From Balanoglossus misakiensis (lineage: Eukaryota > Animalia > Hemichordata): DNA of 64,000 nucleotides. The translations under genes were made by a program, and so were the position numbers. The DNA is taken from positions 7,641,097 through 7,705,096 of the forward strand of contig CM082598.2 in NCBI GenBank assembly GCA_040954595.2, given 5' to 3'. Of this stretch, positions 1-12,036 are shown piece after piece (position 1 is the first letter of the stretch; each line of letters opens with the position of its first letter). The notes beneath the pieces were generated by a model that was given only the letters and a program-made list of their open reading frames with translations, searched no databases and was not told the origin of the DNA.

Positions 1-1449
1 CATGCAGTCATAATCGGGCATCGATAAGATGTTTATGTATACCTAAGTAAGCTTATTTAGATGGACTAATTTAAGTTGGAAATTAATGTAATAGTTTATA
101 TATTTTAGGCTAATGTGGGTTGATTCTGTCTGTCTCAAACATTCAAGGAAAATTTGTTTGTAAAGTCATTTCAATGCCTGTCTATTAAAGCCTGTATAGC
201 TGCCAAATTTTAACATTTTTCAACAATAAAATACTTCAAATATATTCCCTATCCTCTAAATCCCCAACTTAAGCCATATTACTTGCATTTGCATCAGTTT
301 GTCATCTTTTGGCGACGCCTACCACGATAGCTGCATACTGTTTGTATGGAGGCTGATGAAATGGGTACGGCACCGTTTTAATACAAAAGTGTTCAAATTG
401 CAACATGCAGTCATAATCGGGCATCGATAAGCTTATTTAGATGGACTAATTTAAGTTGGAAATTAATGCTAAAAAGTGGCAGCTCTAGAGGCTTTCATTT
501 CCACATCTTGCTGACAATAGATGTAGATGTATTTGAAATATGTGCTTTGATTGGATTATATGACATGAATTTATTTGAAGGGTGTGTTTGGATTAGATTA
601 TGTGACCATTGGATTTTGGATTTGTGTTCAAGAAGTGTTTGGAAATATTGAAGGGATCTGATGAAAAATGTTCAGGCAATTATTTTACCTTGGTCTGGAG
701 TTTTTAAAAAAGGGTGCGTGATTTTCATGTTGTTTGGGTATTGATACTATGTTCACTTCCAGTTCTATATTTGCAAATTGAGATATGTTTAAAATGTCCC
801 GTATTCAGCTTATCATCTCAAACAGTATTTTCATTAATAACAATAAAATTTATGCGTTTATTGTTTGTGTATTTTGGATTATTAAGTCAAATGAGGGACA
901 GTTCTTAATGTACACCTTGTAATGAATCAATCAACAACATAATAGATAGGTGAATATTTTTCCTCTATTTTGATGTGAACTTTGCTCAATCCTATTTATC
1001 ATTTCAACAGGAGATGAGACTTCAAGATGTCTGCAAAGATTTCAATGAGAGTGTATCAAATAAACCGGAAAAGCTCAACCAGAAAAGTGTGTATGATGAC
1101 AGCAGCTGATCACAGTCCCCAAGATATCCTTTGATGTCAATCTCTTGAAGTCATCTGTGCAAATTTAGGTGCAGTGACCAATTGGAGAGTTGACTTCTAG
1201 CCAATCACAGATTTTCAGTGGATGGCCATGGAAAAAACAATGCCACAGACTAAAACACACCATTTTACCATATATGGACATATGTAAATAAGGGGTGACT
1301 TTATTTCAGAACTTTGGGCTTTTGAAAATGACACACAAAATGCTCGCATTTTTGGCAATATATGTCATTTTTTGCATTATTTTCATGAGTTTACTTTCAA
1401 ACTAGGAATGGTTCATATATATGACCTAACTGATGGGTATCTACAAAAC

Positions 1450-3450
1450 ATATTATCAACCCCTGATTGTGGTTGTATATTTAGATAATTAACAGGTGTG
1501 GCACATGTTTATTCAGTTGTCTGATGCAAGAGTACACAACTATCTGCACATGGGTGTTAGAAACTCCACAAATTCAAAATGGTATCACCTGTGGACTTCA
1601 GATTAGAAAAAGATTGAAATACAAAATGTATGTTGTTGAATGAAATACGTGTAAACAGTGGCAGCTATTGGAGCTTTAAAAGGGATCTGACTTTGCAAAG
1701 TTCTCTTACAGATTCAAATAATTACAGGGGAATAACGCTTTTGGATGTATTCGGTAAAATATTTTGTGGTATTTTAAATTAAAGGTTGTACAAATGAGCT
1801 GAAAATACCAATGCTATTTGTAATGCACAAGCGGGATTTCGTAAAGGGTTTTCAACAACGGATAATATATTTACTTTGCATGCCATCATAAAATATTACA
1901 TCAGAGAAGGAAGGTGAAATTTTACTGTCTTTTTGTAAATTTTGCCAAAGCATTAGATTCTGTGGATCACAGATGTCTTTTTTTTCAAACTGCAGTCGAT
2001 TGGCTTATCTGGCAAGAAGTATAACACTGTGAAATCTATGTATAGTGATGTGAAATCTTGTGTTCGTCTAGATGGGGGCGTTTCAGAATATTTTAACTGT
2101 AACAGCGGTGTAAGGCAAGGGAGTGTATTAAGCCCAGTGTTGTTCTCCCTCTTCATTGATGAGTTGTATCACATGATTATTTCCACAGGTGCCAGAGGCA
2201 TCCAACTTACGCAACTAATGTATGATTTCTTTCTTTTACTTTATGCCGACGATACTATTATATTTGCAGACTCTGTAATAGGGTTACAAAGGTTAATTAA
2301 CATTACTCAGCGATTTCTGCAACAGATGGAAACTTCAAGTTAACATAGACAAAACCAAGATCGTAGTATTCCGTAAACAGGGGCATAATGCTAAGAGTGA
2401 AGTGTGGAAAATGAATGGAAATACTCTAGAGGTTGTGACGTCATATAAGTATCTTGCTTTATTGTTATCCTGAAGAAACACGTGGGGCAAAGCCGTATGT
2501 AATCTGGTTGCACAAGCACGGAAAGTTATGTTTTCAATTTTTAAATTTGAACATAAAGTTGGTACGATAAAAAGGGATGTATATTTTAAACTTTTTGATA
2601 CACTGATACTGCCAATATTATTGTATGGAGCTGATATTTGGAAGCACTTTCTGGGAGTGGGTCAGAGTACTACAAACGAAGCAGTATATGGCGAATGTGG
2701 TAGATATCCACTTTATTTAAATTCAGTCATAAAATGTGTTAAATACTGGTTGCGTCTCACTGATGACAGGATGGCTGCTGTTTACAATGGATGAAAATGG
2801 GCACACATCATGGGCTACAGAGATTAAGCATGTTCTTTATTCATGTGGGTTTGGCATTGTCTGGTTATCAAAAGGGGTGGGAGATATTTCATCTTTTATA
2901 AGTGAGTTTAAACAACGACTTTCCGATGTTTACAAACAAGAGTGGTACAGTGATGTACAAAAGACAGGCTTCGTACATATCGTAATTTTAAAAGCATGCT
3001 TGAACCAGAAAAATGTCTTTGTGAAATTACAGAGCCAAAATATAGACACTAGCTCGATTGAGATGTTCATGTCTTGCTTTAAGAGTCCAGGAAGACAGCT
3101 ATGCCAACATTGACTTTGAAGATAGAATCTGTAAAATATGTACAGGAGGTGTGGAGGATGAATTTCACGTAATATGTTTATGCCCATTGTATCAAAGCTT
3201 AAGATATATATTACCACATGACAACTCTGAGTCTTTTTATGAAGAGAAATTTTTAACACTGATGAGGTCAAAGTTGCCAACAGTGTTAAGAAATCTTGGC
3301 AAATTTGTCCATAAACCCATGATTTTGAGAAAGCTTGAACTTGAAGGTGACCTAATGTTTCTTTTTGTTGTTGCTGTATTTCGGTTTGTAATTTATCTTA
3401 TCATGCAGTTGTCATATTGGCCGGTGGCCTAAGAGACAATAAACATTATT
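1450..3450 (+). mobile_element. Decayed, 5'-truncated non-LTR retrotransposon (L2/Crack/RTEX-like RT ORF)
   Basis: Frameshifted RT pieces: NYRGITLL..GKIF and QAGFRKGFSTTDNIF (~1720-1870), GVRQGSVLSPVLF, LLYADD (ORF 2029-2343). C-terminal RICKIC..EDEFH..LCPLY zinc motif (ORF 3058-3432), then AATAAA at ~3438. Left boundary approximate. Confidence 0.9.
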
Positions 3451-4829
3451 ATCGATTAAATCCTTTCCTAAACATAGGCCTAAAGAAAATATACCCGGTG
3501 AAGCCTGGTTGGTTTAAGGGGAGTTTGACTATGAGTATGACTCGTTTGAAACATCATATATACAACTGGTAACGCCTATCTCAAAATTAATTACCAGAAT
3601 TGCACTAAGAACAAATTGCACTAAGAACAACGCGCTCAGCTTGCAAACATTCTTATATCAATAACACTGTATCCAGGACAATTTTGATTATGCCTATATA
3701 AGAGATCGTCTCTAAAGTTTTCGTTTTGTAGATTTCGCGGTCAAAACAATAAAATGAAGACTATTTCAGGTAGTGCTCTACTCACAATCGAAAATACAAT
3801 CTGATAGAGAGAAAATTTCACACTGCAGATAACTTAAACTGTTATTTCCTAGATGATATCTTTAATATTTATGAGATTGTATTTTCCCCCAACGCAAACT
3901 GAAATTTTGGTGGAAGCAACTGTAATTTTGACGGACAATTTTTTTATTTTGATAGACTTTTTAACTTTTTTATTTTGATATTTAGCACGAAATTTATTCC
4001 CCCAAACAAAAATTTCACTTCTGTACGACAATTTATTTAATGAATATTGTAAATTATTTTTTTTTACAAGAACAAACTTTAACCTTTTCAAATGAACTTG
4101 AACATCGACGAACACATCTTTAACACATCATTTTCTCTTTATTTTGTAGAACAGAAGTAAAATGTTCTTGGAGAAGCAAATTTAAATTGTTTTCAGTTAT
4201 TTTCACAATTTAAAAAAAATTGATATATGACAAGTTGACTATAGAAACGGACGGTTTGGGGTACTTTAGCACATCACATATAAATAAACACGAAACGCGT
4301 TAATTTTTGAGCTGGAAAACTAAAGACCTAGGCCTGCCCATCAGTTTCCTCCCAATGAGACACCCCCTCCCAGGTGGGCGTCAAGGGGACGTCTAGAATG
4401 CATTAAGGGGGGCTAGTGACAATTAAAACGCAATCGACTTCTCCCTGTATTATTTTGTAATACTTTCACGGAATCTGAGATTGAAAATTAAGTATTCTAA
4501 CCATAGGCAAGAATTTAATTTCAAAAAGTGTAACCATTGAGAGCTATTTATAGAATAGAGTACTTTTGACATTAAGGCTGAACCCTGTTGTTGACTATTA
4601 AGATTTAATTTTAATTTTTCGATCAGTGATCTATTTCTTATGCATGAGTGAAAAAAAAATTGACAGATCACAGTCTTACAGATGTTTATTTTATCACCAT
4701 GGTAACAACTTCTTATCGGTATATAGAGGGTTGTTTGTCTCGTGTCGCGCTATTGATATTGAAAAGTAACCTTCCTAATTTCAACAAGCTGTATATTTTA
4801 CAGACGTGTAACTCGTGTTCATCATCATC

Positions 4830-5320
4830 ATCTTCTTCGACAGCTTCACTGCCCAACGTTCGATTCTGGGAGGGGGTTTCGAACATGGATTGTTGTATAT
4901 GTGGACTAATGGCTTGTGGTCTGTCACAATGGTGAATTTCTGACCATATACACACAAGTGGAATCATTCGCATGCCTATTCAACAAGGGCTTCTCTCTCT
5001 GTGCGAGAATATTGTTGTTCGACTGGTGTGAGTGATCTGCTTCCGTCCGTAGAAAAGAACTCGTGCTGTGTCGTCGACGCGTCACTTTTGCTTTTCTGGG
5101 TTAACATGGCTGCTAAACCTACTGGGCTGGCATCTACCACTATTTCGGTTTCTTTCTTCGGATCGAAGTATGCCATGATTGTGTCACTCATTAGTCGGTT
5201 CTTGATGGTGTTAAACACGTCTTCTTGTTTATCCGTCCACCCAAGGTGCGTCTTTTACGGTGAGTTGTTTGAAATTGTCCGTAGACTTACTGTTGCAAAT
5301 GGCGAAAAAAATGTCTGTTG
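4830..5320 (-). mobile_element. Gypsy LTR retrotransposon RNase H fragment
   Basis: YFDPKKETEIVVDASPVGLAAMLTQ...SRSLTPVEQQYSRTEREAL in ORF 4976-5218, with frameshifted continuation FTIVTDHKPL..PPPRIERW. No LTRs seen. Confidence 0.85.
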
Positions 5321-5679
5321 AATTGAAAGTCTGTGAAAGTCCTAAAAGGAGATGAGCAAGAAGACAAATCAGAAGAGCCCCAGAAAAGGATAGAGTATGA
5401 ACTACTTTTTACAAACCAAACATTGCCATAGTCCTGGTATATATTATATAACGTTGGTAGTAGTTTGAACCCTTGTCATAGCAACACACAGCCTCCCCAC
5501 GCCATACAGGAATGCTATCTGTTGTAGGGCCTAAACGGGGTCTGCAGCACGTCCCTTCATAAATTTAAGAGTGGACCATTTTGTATCCTGGCGAGAAGTG
5601 GCGGCCTGCTAGATTGCGTGGCAATGACAGATTTGCTTTTGCCCGCGTCGTATCCATTGGATCTGTTAATGGTTAGCTG

Positions 5680-5905
5680 AGGGAACCTTCAGTAATTACG
5701 ATGGGGTGGGCCGGAAGAAATGGGGAGGGGGGGGGGGTCATACTTTAGAAATCTGTCCTTTAGGGAGGGTCACATTGTGCAAAACTGACTCTAGGGGAGG
5801 CCTGGAGTCCGATTTTAGAAAGGGGTGTTGGGGCAGGGTCACCTTTACATGATGGACCGTCCCCAATTTCCCCAAACCCACAGCTGTAATTACTGAAGCC
5901 TCCCT
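5680..5905. mobile_element. MITE (possibly PIF/Harbinger-like)
   Basis: 20-bp imperfect TIR agggaaccttcagtaattac / gtaattactgaagcctccct. TSD not clear. Confidence 0.55.
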
Positions 5906-7743
5906 TTAAAGCATCAATTTGGGATTTTGAGAATCATAGTCTATTTGGACAGTGTTCATGTACAGTGTATACGGAATTTGGGTGTATTCCTGGGAACTTC
6001 AAAACTATATTTTTATTCGTTGATTCATGAAAACGTTGCTAATATCAGTTGCTACAAAAATCAATACTGTATATATACCATTTACAGGATATATTTATGA
6101 CAAAATTATCGTCTTATTATTGCCATAGAAAACAATGGACTTCAAATTGAATTGTTTCATCAAATTCTGGATATGTTTATTATTTAGCACCATCCAAAAA
6201 TGGTAAATGATGATGTTTTTTTAAGTTGTTTTATTTATTTAATTCATCCATATCAAACACAGACATTTTGTCTACCTAGGATAAGGTGACTAGAACAATC
6301 ACCTATACAAAGCTAGTCCCCAGGCAGAGCATTGAGAATAAAAGTGTCTTGCTCTAGGGTACAACATCATTGAAGTTTACGCCATTTCCACTCAAGCTGG
6401 GCCGGAAGTCAAATATGAAGAAATTTGTTGAAATTTCTCTTCTCTCATATACTTATCTGCATCCTGATTGTGTGCTGAAATGTTATGAGGGATTTTATTC
6501 TGAAAATGACAAGATGCCAAAACTTTGCTTTATAATCTTCTTGGCACTATGGTCAATTTATGTTCATAGTGTCAAATTCCACTGGAATGAATTGTCTCTC
6601 TCCCCCCAGAAAACAGCATCTAGACCCCCACCCCTGGGGATACAAAATGATGACTCCCTGAGTACTTAACTCACTCCAAAATAAACTCAACCCAGTGCCA
6701 ATTCTTCAAATATTCCAAGTAAAATTTGCCTGATAGAAGTTTCTCTTGATGAAAATCACTTGTGGCTGTGAACTGTTGCACAGAAAAGAACTTTCTTCTT
6801 TTTTTCTTTCTTCAAACGGTGGACGGTGAACCAGTCACAAATCAACAATGTAACCAGGGTAACTATCAATTTGATGTCAAAGTTCATACCTGCTATCCTC
6901 TGCTCGCATTAATAGCGATGTTTTGGGCGATTTCTGAGGGAGACTACACTTTCTACATGCTCAATCATGAAGGTAGCTGTGTTGTGATTGGTTATCTACA
7001 CATTTGTCTCAGTAGGCAACCAATCAAAGCATAGCTTACTTTCCAGTAGTTGAGTGAATAGAATTGGGCTTGGTTTCATTACGTGGGTTATTTTCACAAA
7101 AATCAGTCCTCCAAACTCTTCGATGCTTTTTGTATGAAAGTGTATATGAAGTCTATTTGAAAACAAAAAAGGATTTTCATCACCTTGGTTTCCTAAAAAA
7201 AATCAATAAAGTTCACCATGGAGTTAACACAGAGATAAGCGGCCATTTTGAATTTCAAATTAGAGACACTTTTTGTCATTCAAATTTTTACAGTGAATAA
7301 TTAATCTGTATTCTTAGTTTTAAGCAAGGATAATCTAAAGTTGTATTGAGGAAAGTATGAACTCTATTTAAGGACTGATTTTGAAGGTGCATGTTAAAAC
7401 CAAACATGAGAAGCTAGTGGGAATAGTTCATGTCTTGCCTTGCAATAATTTGGCATCCCATGTTCATCCCATGTTCAACTCGGGGGGGGGGGGGGGGGGA
7501 TGCCAACAAAGGACACACACATACACAAAAGATTGTAAAAGTAAAAGATTTATTTTGAACACATCAAGAATTTTAAAAACCTATAAAGAATCTTTCTGGC
7601 TGTGAAGAAGCAGTAAATAACTCATTTCTCAAGTCCTCATGAAAAAGAGCTGTAAAAATTGCAGTTATGGAAACTGCATTGCAAGGATTGGTAACATATA
7701 ATATTCATATCAAAGACGAGGTCCTACATGGAATTACATTTAA

Positions 7744-7950
7744 AGGGACAAAGTCTCTCTCTCGCTGCCCTTTTTCTGTTAATTATGTTAGATACAAGAC
7801 AGTTATTCTACATGTGGATATGTAATGAATCAACATTTGACCACACACAACTTCCACCCCATTTGTAGACACGAGAGTAAAACACTCGTCAAAATGAATA
7901 ATTGGTCTCTACCGTTTATTCATTTTGGCGAGATTTTTACTCTTATATCC
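7744..7950. mobile_element. Truncated Kolobok-like MITE (same family as 38767-39109)
   Basis: TTAA followed by agggacaaagtctctctctcgctgcccttttt, near-identical to the left end of the element at 38767. Confidence 0.65.
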
Positions 7951-9281
7951 TTTAAACAAGCATAATTTTGAATGATTAGCGAAACTGATTCAAATTTTAA
8001 AATCAAGATGGCCGCCATTCAATGTGTATTGAGAAAATTTGAAGTATTTTTATTTTTGAGAAAGCAAGTTTTTTTCTGGTTTCAAAGTGACTCTTCCCAA
8101 ATTGTAATACTAGAAAAATAAAGATATGTCGACCACCTAAATAGCATGTCTGCAAAATGTGAATGGTGATGTCTGTATTAGTTTATAATTCAAAATTAAG
8201 AAAATAGTTTCTCAATCCTAATATGGATGATCTTGAAGTGACAACTTGTGTACATAGAAAAAAGATGTTGAGAGTGTGTTCAATATGATTGAAAGCAAGA
8301 AGTTTATGACAACCTCTCTTAAATTGCATATTCTTGGTTAGTCATTTGCTTTTGGGAAATAGTATAGCTCAAAACTGAAGTCCAGAACATTACACAAAAT
8401 CATTGTGAACATTAACAAGTGTTTCAGATTTCTGCTAAAACTTATTGGAATTATTGTTAGTGCAATTTGAAACAAACTAACTGTTTACAAACTAATTTGG
8501 CTTTACAAATCAGAGACATTGTATACTGACAGGATACATATGTTTAAGCTTTTTTGGCTCGAAATGAACATCTGCAAAACATTGAGTGAATTTCTTAAAT
8601 CCGTCAACAAACTAAATTACTGTTTCTAGTACTGAAGATGTCGATGATTAGGATTACAAATATTGCTGTACAGCTTTTTGGTGTAAACAATAATTTGAAG
8701 AAAAAAAATGATGCAACAAATCACAAAAATCACTAGAATTAAAAAAAAATCAACTTTATTTTGCTATAATGGTCATTGATGGCATTAGCTGCAGCTTGTA
8801 AACTCAACATGACAATTTCTAATTGTCACTTTCTCATAATTGTAACTGACCCACTTTATTTGCATGTGGCTCCATCGTGTGAAGCTGACATGACATCATG
8901 TTCATCAGAGTGGTTTAATTTGTAATTAACCATTACATACACTTCAAATAGGTCAGTGTCTGCAGGATGGTCTTATACCGTACTTGGGTAGTTCATTTTC
9001 TGTTATCTCATGCTAGATCCTATACATTTATCTTTAGTTGTGTCACCTGTTGGTAGCTGTTTCTGCAATCACCATCTCCTCGTTGTACAGCCTGGTTATT
9101 GAGAAGACAGTCATGGTGGAGGGTGGTTTGGTGTATTGGCTTTGATTTCTCTGCATGGCTAATAACAGGACGGTATGTGTGTTCGGAACCTTTTCCTTGC
9201 ACACACCCATTACGTTACTCAGTTAAATTCTCAGACATTGTAACAAGTTCCATGGAAATACTACCATCATTTGCCATACTA

Positions 9282-9658
9282 CCGTACTTGCCCGGGTAAG
9301 AGCCCCGGGTGCTGGGCCCATAGATTAGCAAAAAAACAGGGGGGGGGGCATTAGCCCGGACGCAACCTCGACATTTATGCAAATGAGGCCCTAGGGACAC
9401 GAGGAAGGGGTGAATAATGATGCAAATAACATGGCCAAACATTTCACGGTCAAACAATGTATTTATTAAATAATGAAAAGTTTTTTACCCATAAATCAAA
9501 TACAGAAAACATATTACAGTCGCCGCCGTTTAATCGGGACACCATGGGCGCAGACAAAACATGGGGGCTTTAGACCGGATATGACCTTGATCTTCAAATG
9601 GGCCCTAAAACCAGGGGGGCGTTTGTCCGAGCAGGGGTTCTTACCCGGGCAAGTACGG
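9282..9658. mobile_element. Tc1/mariner-pogo-type MITE, TA TSD
   Basis: TIR ccgtacttgcccgggtaag / cttacccgggcaagtacgg, flanked by TA. The empty site (ccatacTAatcag) is visible in the duplicate copy at ~10712. Internally deleted, inverted relative of 43454-44318. Confidence 0.92.
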
Positions 9659-9720
9659 TAGTCAGAAATTGTTATACTGACGTCACAATGGTCTTCTTCG
9701 GAGATGTTGACGTCATCATC

Positions 9721-10332
9721 TTAGGACGTTAGATGTAGATTAGCCATGTCACCTTCGACATCATGATGGGCAGCTGACACACCAAGTTTTCGGAACATCT
9801 CATGTATTTCTTCTCTGGCAGCGTAGACATCACAACTTTCTTGCTCAAGAATTTTAACCAGGTTGGCAAAATTGCTCTTACAGAATTTCTTATCTGCAGT
9901 TGGCTGTTGGCCTGCACGTTGTTGTCCTCCACAGCCCTTGGACCAAACAGATAAAGCATGTTGTGTGGGGGATTGAATTGATGCACTGTGTTGCCATGAA
10001 TCCACCTCCATGCGAGGGATCCCCATCAAGTCTGCCATAGCCCTGTAGTCATAGGCGGGTAAACGGATGATATCCATGATATTAGAAAATATCTTGAGGG
10101 CATCCTTCAGCATCCACTTGACATCACTTTCATATCCACTGTGTCGGAGGATGGTTGTATCATACCCAGCACAAAGCAAGTCAGTAGCTGCTTCTGAAAT
10201 CACCATCTCCTTGTTGTACACCTTCTCATTCCTCTCTTCTGCTTCCCGAATTTGCTCCAATGTATAGAATGTGACATCTTCAGGGTTGCGATGTGGCTCC
10301 ATCCTGTGAAGCTGACATGACATCATGTTCAT
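9721..10332 (-). CDS. Duplicated Roco C-terminus (death-domain-like region) as a stand-alone 203-aa ORF; expression unknown
   Basis: About 190 aa align with the end of ORF 10777-12036 with 16 aa differences and no stop. The N-terminal residues derive from non-coding sequence across the duplication junction. Confidence 0.5.
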   Translation of the reverse strand: MNMMSCQLHRMEPHRNPEDVTFYTLEQIREAEERNEKVYNKEMVISEAATDLLCAGYDTTILRHSGYESDVKWMLKDALKIFSNIMDIIRLPAYDYRAMADLMGIPRMEVDSWQHSASIQSPTQHALSVWSKGCGGQQRAGQQPTADKKFCKSNFANLVKILEQESCDVYAAREEIHEMFRKLGVSAAHHDVEGDMANLHLTS

Positions 10333-10776
10333 CAGAGTGGTTTAATTTGTAATTAACCATTACATACACTTCAGATAGGTCAGTATCTGCAGGATGGTCT
10401 TATACTGTATTTGGGTAATTCACTTTCTGTTATCTCATGCTAGATCTATGTCACAGATTCCATTCATTTATCTTTAGTTGTGTCACCTGTTGGTAGCCGT
10501 TTCTGCAATCACCATCTCCTCGTTGTACAGCCTGGTTATTGAGAAGACAGTAATGGTGGAGGGTGGTTTGGTGTATTGGCTTTGATTTCTCTGCAGGGCT
10601 TATAACAGTATGTGTGTACGGAACCTTTTCCTTGCACACACACATTACGTTACTCAGTTAAATTCTCAGACATTGCAACAAGTTCCATGGAAATACTGCC
10701 ATCGTTTGCCATACTAATCAGAAATTGTTATACTGATGTCACAATGGTCTGCTTCTGAGATGTTGATGTCATCATC

Positions 10777-12036
10777 TTAGGACGTTAGATGTAGATTAGC
10801 CATGTCACTTTCAACATCATGATGATCAGATGACACACCAAGTTTTCGGAACATTTCATGTATTTCTTCTCTGGCAGCGTAGACATCACAACTTTCTTGC
10901 TCAAGAATTTTAACCAGGTTGGAAAAATTGCTCTTACAGAATGTGTTATCTGCAGTTGGCTGTTGGCCTGCACTTTGTTGTCCTCCACAGCCCTTGGACC
11001 AAACAGATAAAGCATGTTGTGTGGGGGATTGAATCGATGCACTGTATTGCCATGAATCCACCTCCATGCGAGGGATCCCCATCAAGTCTGCCATAGCCCT
11101 GTAGTCATTGCCGGAAAAACGGATGATATCCATGATATTACAAAATATCTTGAGGGCATCCTTCAGCATCCACTTGACATCACTTTCATATCCACTGTGT
11201 CGGAGGATGGTTGTATCATACCCAGCACAAAGCAAGTCAGTAGCTGCTTCTGAAATCACCATCTCCTCGTTGTACACCTTCTCATTCCTCTCTTCTGCTT
11301 CCCAAATTTGCTTCAATGTATAGAATGTGACATCTTCAGGGTTGCGATGGTTTCGAAGAGAATCTGAACTCAAGACGTGGATGTCAAGTCTTGTGCCAGG
11401 ACAGCAGATGTCTAACACTTCATAGACAATATCAGTTATTGTCTCTAATAATTTGTAGCATTCCCCGATTTCCTCTTCTTTCTCTGCTCTAACACAAACA
11501 TGGATAGCTCTCCAACCTTTTGTCATATACACCAAGCATTCTGCATTGTGACACACTTTAATGCCATTTTTCCATATACCAGTTGTGTGTTGGTTGATCT
11601 TTCGGAAACGGCGTTCTATTCGGGTCTGAAGTCGCGGGAAAAATCCTGGCGAGAAACTATCAGCATCATCTCTGCATTGGAACCGTCTACCATAGTAAAT
11701 CTTCTTAGTAGCATCCTGTTTCCACTGATTTGCAGGCATATCTGTGTCCAACAACCCAGGTATTACATACCCAGCTACAGTATTGAATTCAGACATGACC
11801 TCGTAGAGAAGGTCAAACTCTTTGAGAAGATTTATCAGCAAATCAATATCTGCCAGACCATGGAACACTTTCTCAATTTCGCTTCTCATATGTAAGGACT
11901 TCCGCGGCAAGCGGTTTGCAAACTGCTCAAATATTTCAGGAGCCAGCATGGGACCGAATATTCTAGAACATAACCATTGGGGATCAAGAACAATGACGTC
12001 ATCTGAATTTGGTAGGGTACTCTCGATTTGGAGCAT
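10777..12036 (-). CDS. Roco last exon: COR domain plus death-domain-like C-terminus
   Basis: Acceptor ttattcacag|ATG; DDVIVLDPQWLCSRIFG, GRRFQC..DSFSPGFFPRLQ, IWKNGI, DYRAMADLMGI..SPTQHALSVW. Confidence 0.9.
   Translation of the reverse strand: MLQIESTLPNSDDVIVLDPQWLCSRIFGPMLAPEIFEQFANRLPRKSLHMRSEIEKVFHGLADIDLLINLLKEFDLLYEVMSEFNTVAGYVIPGLLDTDMPANQWKQDATKKIYYGRRFQCRDDADSFSPGFFPRLQTRIERRFRKINQHTTGIWKNGIKVCHNAECLVYMTKGWRAIHVCVRAEKEEEIGECYKLLETITDIVYEVLDICCPGTRLDIHVLSSDSLRNHRNPEDVTFYTLKQIWEAEERNEKVYNEEMVISEAATDLLCAGYDTTILRHSGYESDVKWMLKDALKIFCNIMDIIRFSGNDYRAMADLMGIPRMEVDSWQYSASIQSPTQHALSVWSKGCGGQQSAGQQPTADNTFCKSNFSNLVKILEQESCDVYAAREEIHEMFRKLGVSSDHHDVESDMANLHLTS

Larger units (their letters stand above)
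8864..11348. repeat. Tandem duplication (~1.06 kb unit) of the Roco 3' coding end and downstream sequence
   Basis: 8864-10290 (including a 377-bp MITE) aligns with 10291-11348. Junction cagggttgcg|atgtggctcc has ATG microhomology to both parental sites. Confidence 0.95.

Noticed and set aside
1-470. Short direct duplication (1-90 vs ~404-468) and similarity of ~186-345 to ~16343-16450
   Set aside because: Fragments of a degenerate TTAA-type MITE cut by the window edge; boundaries cannot be defined.
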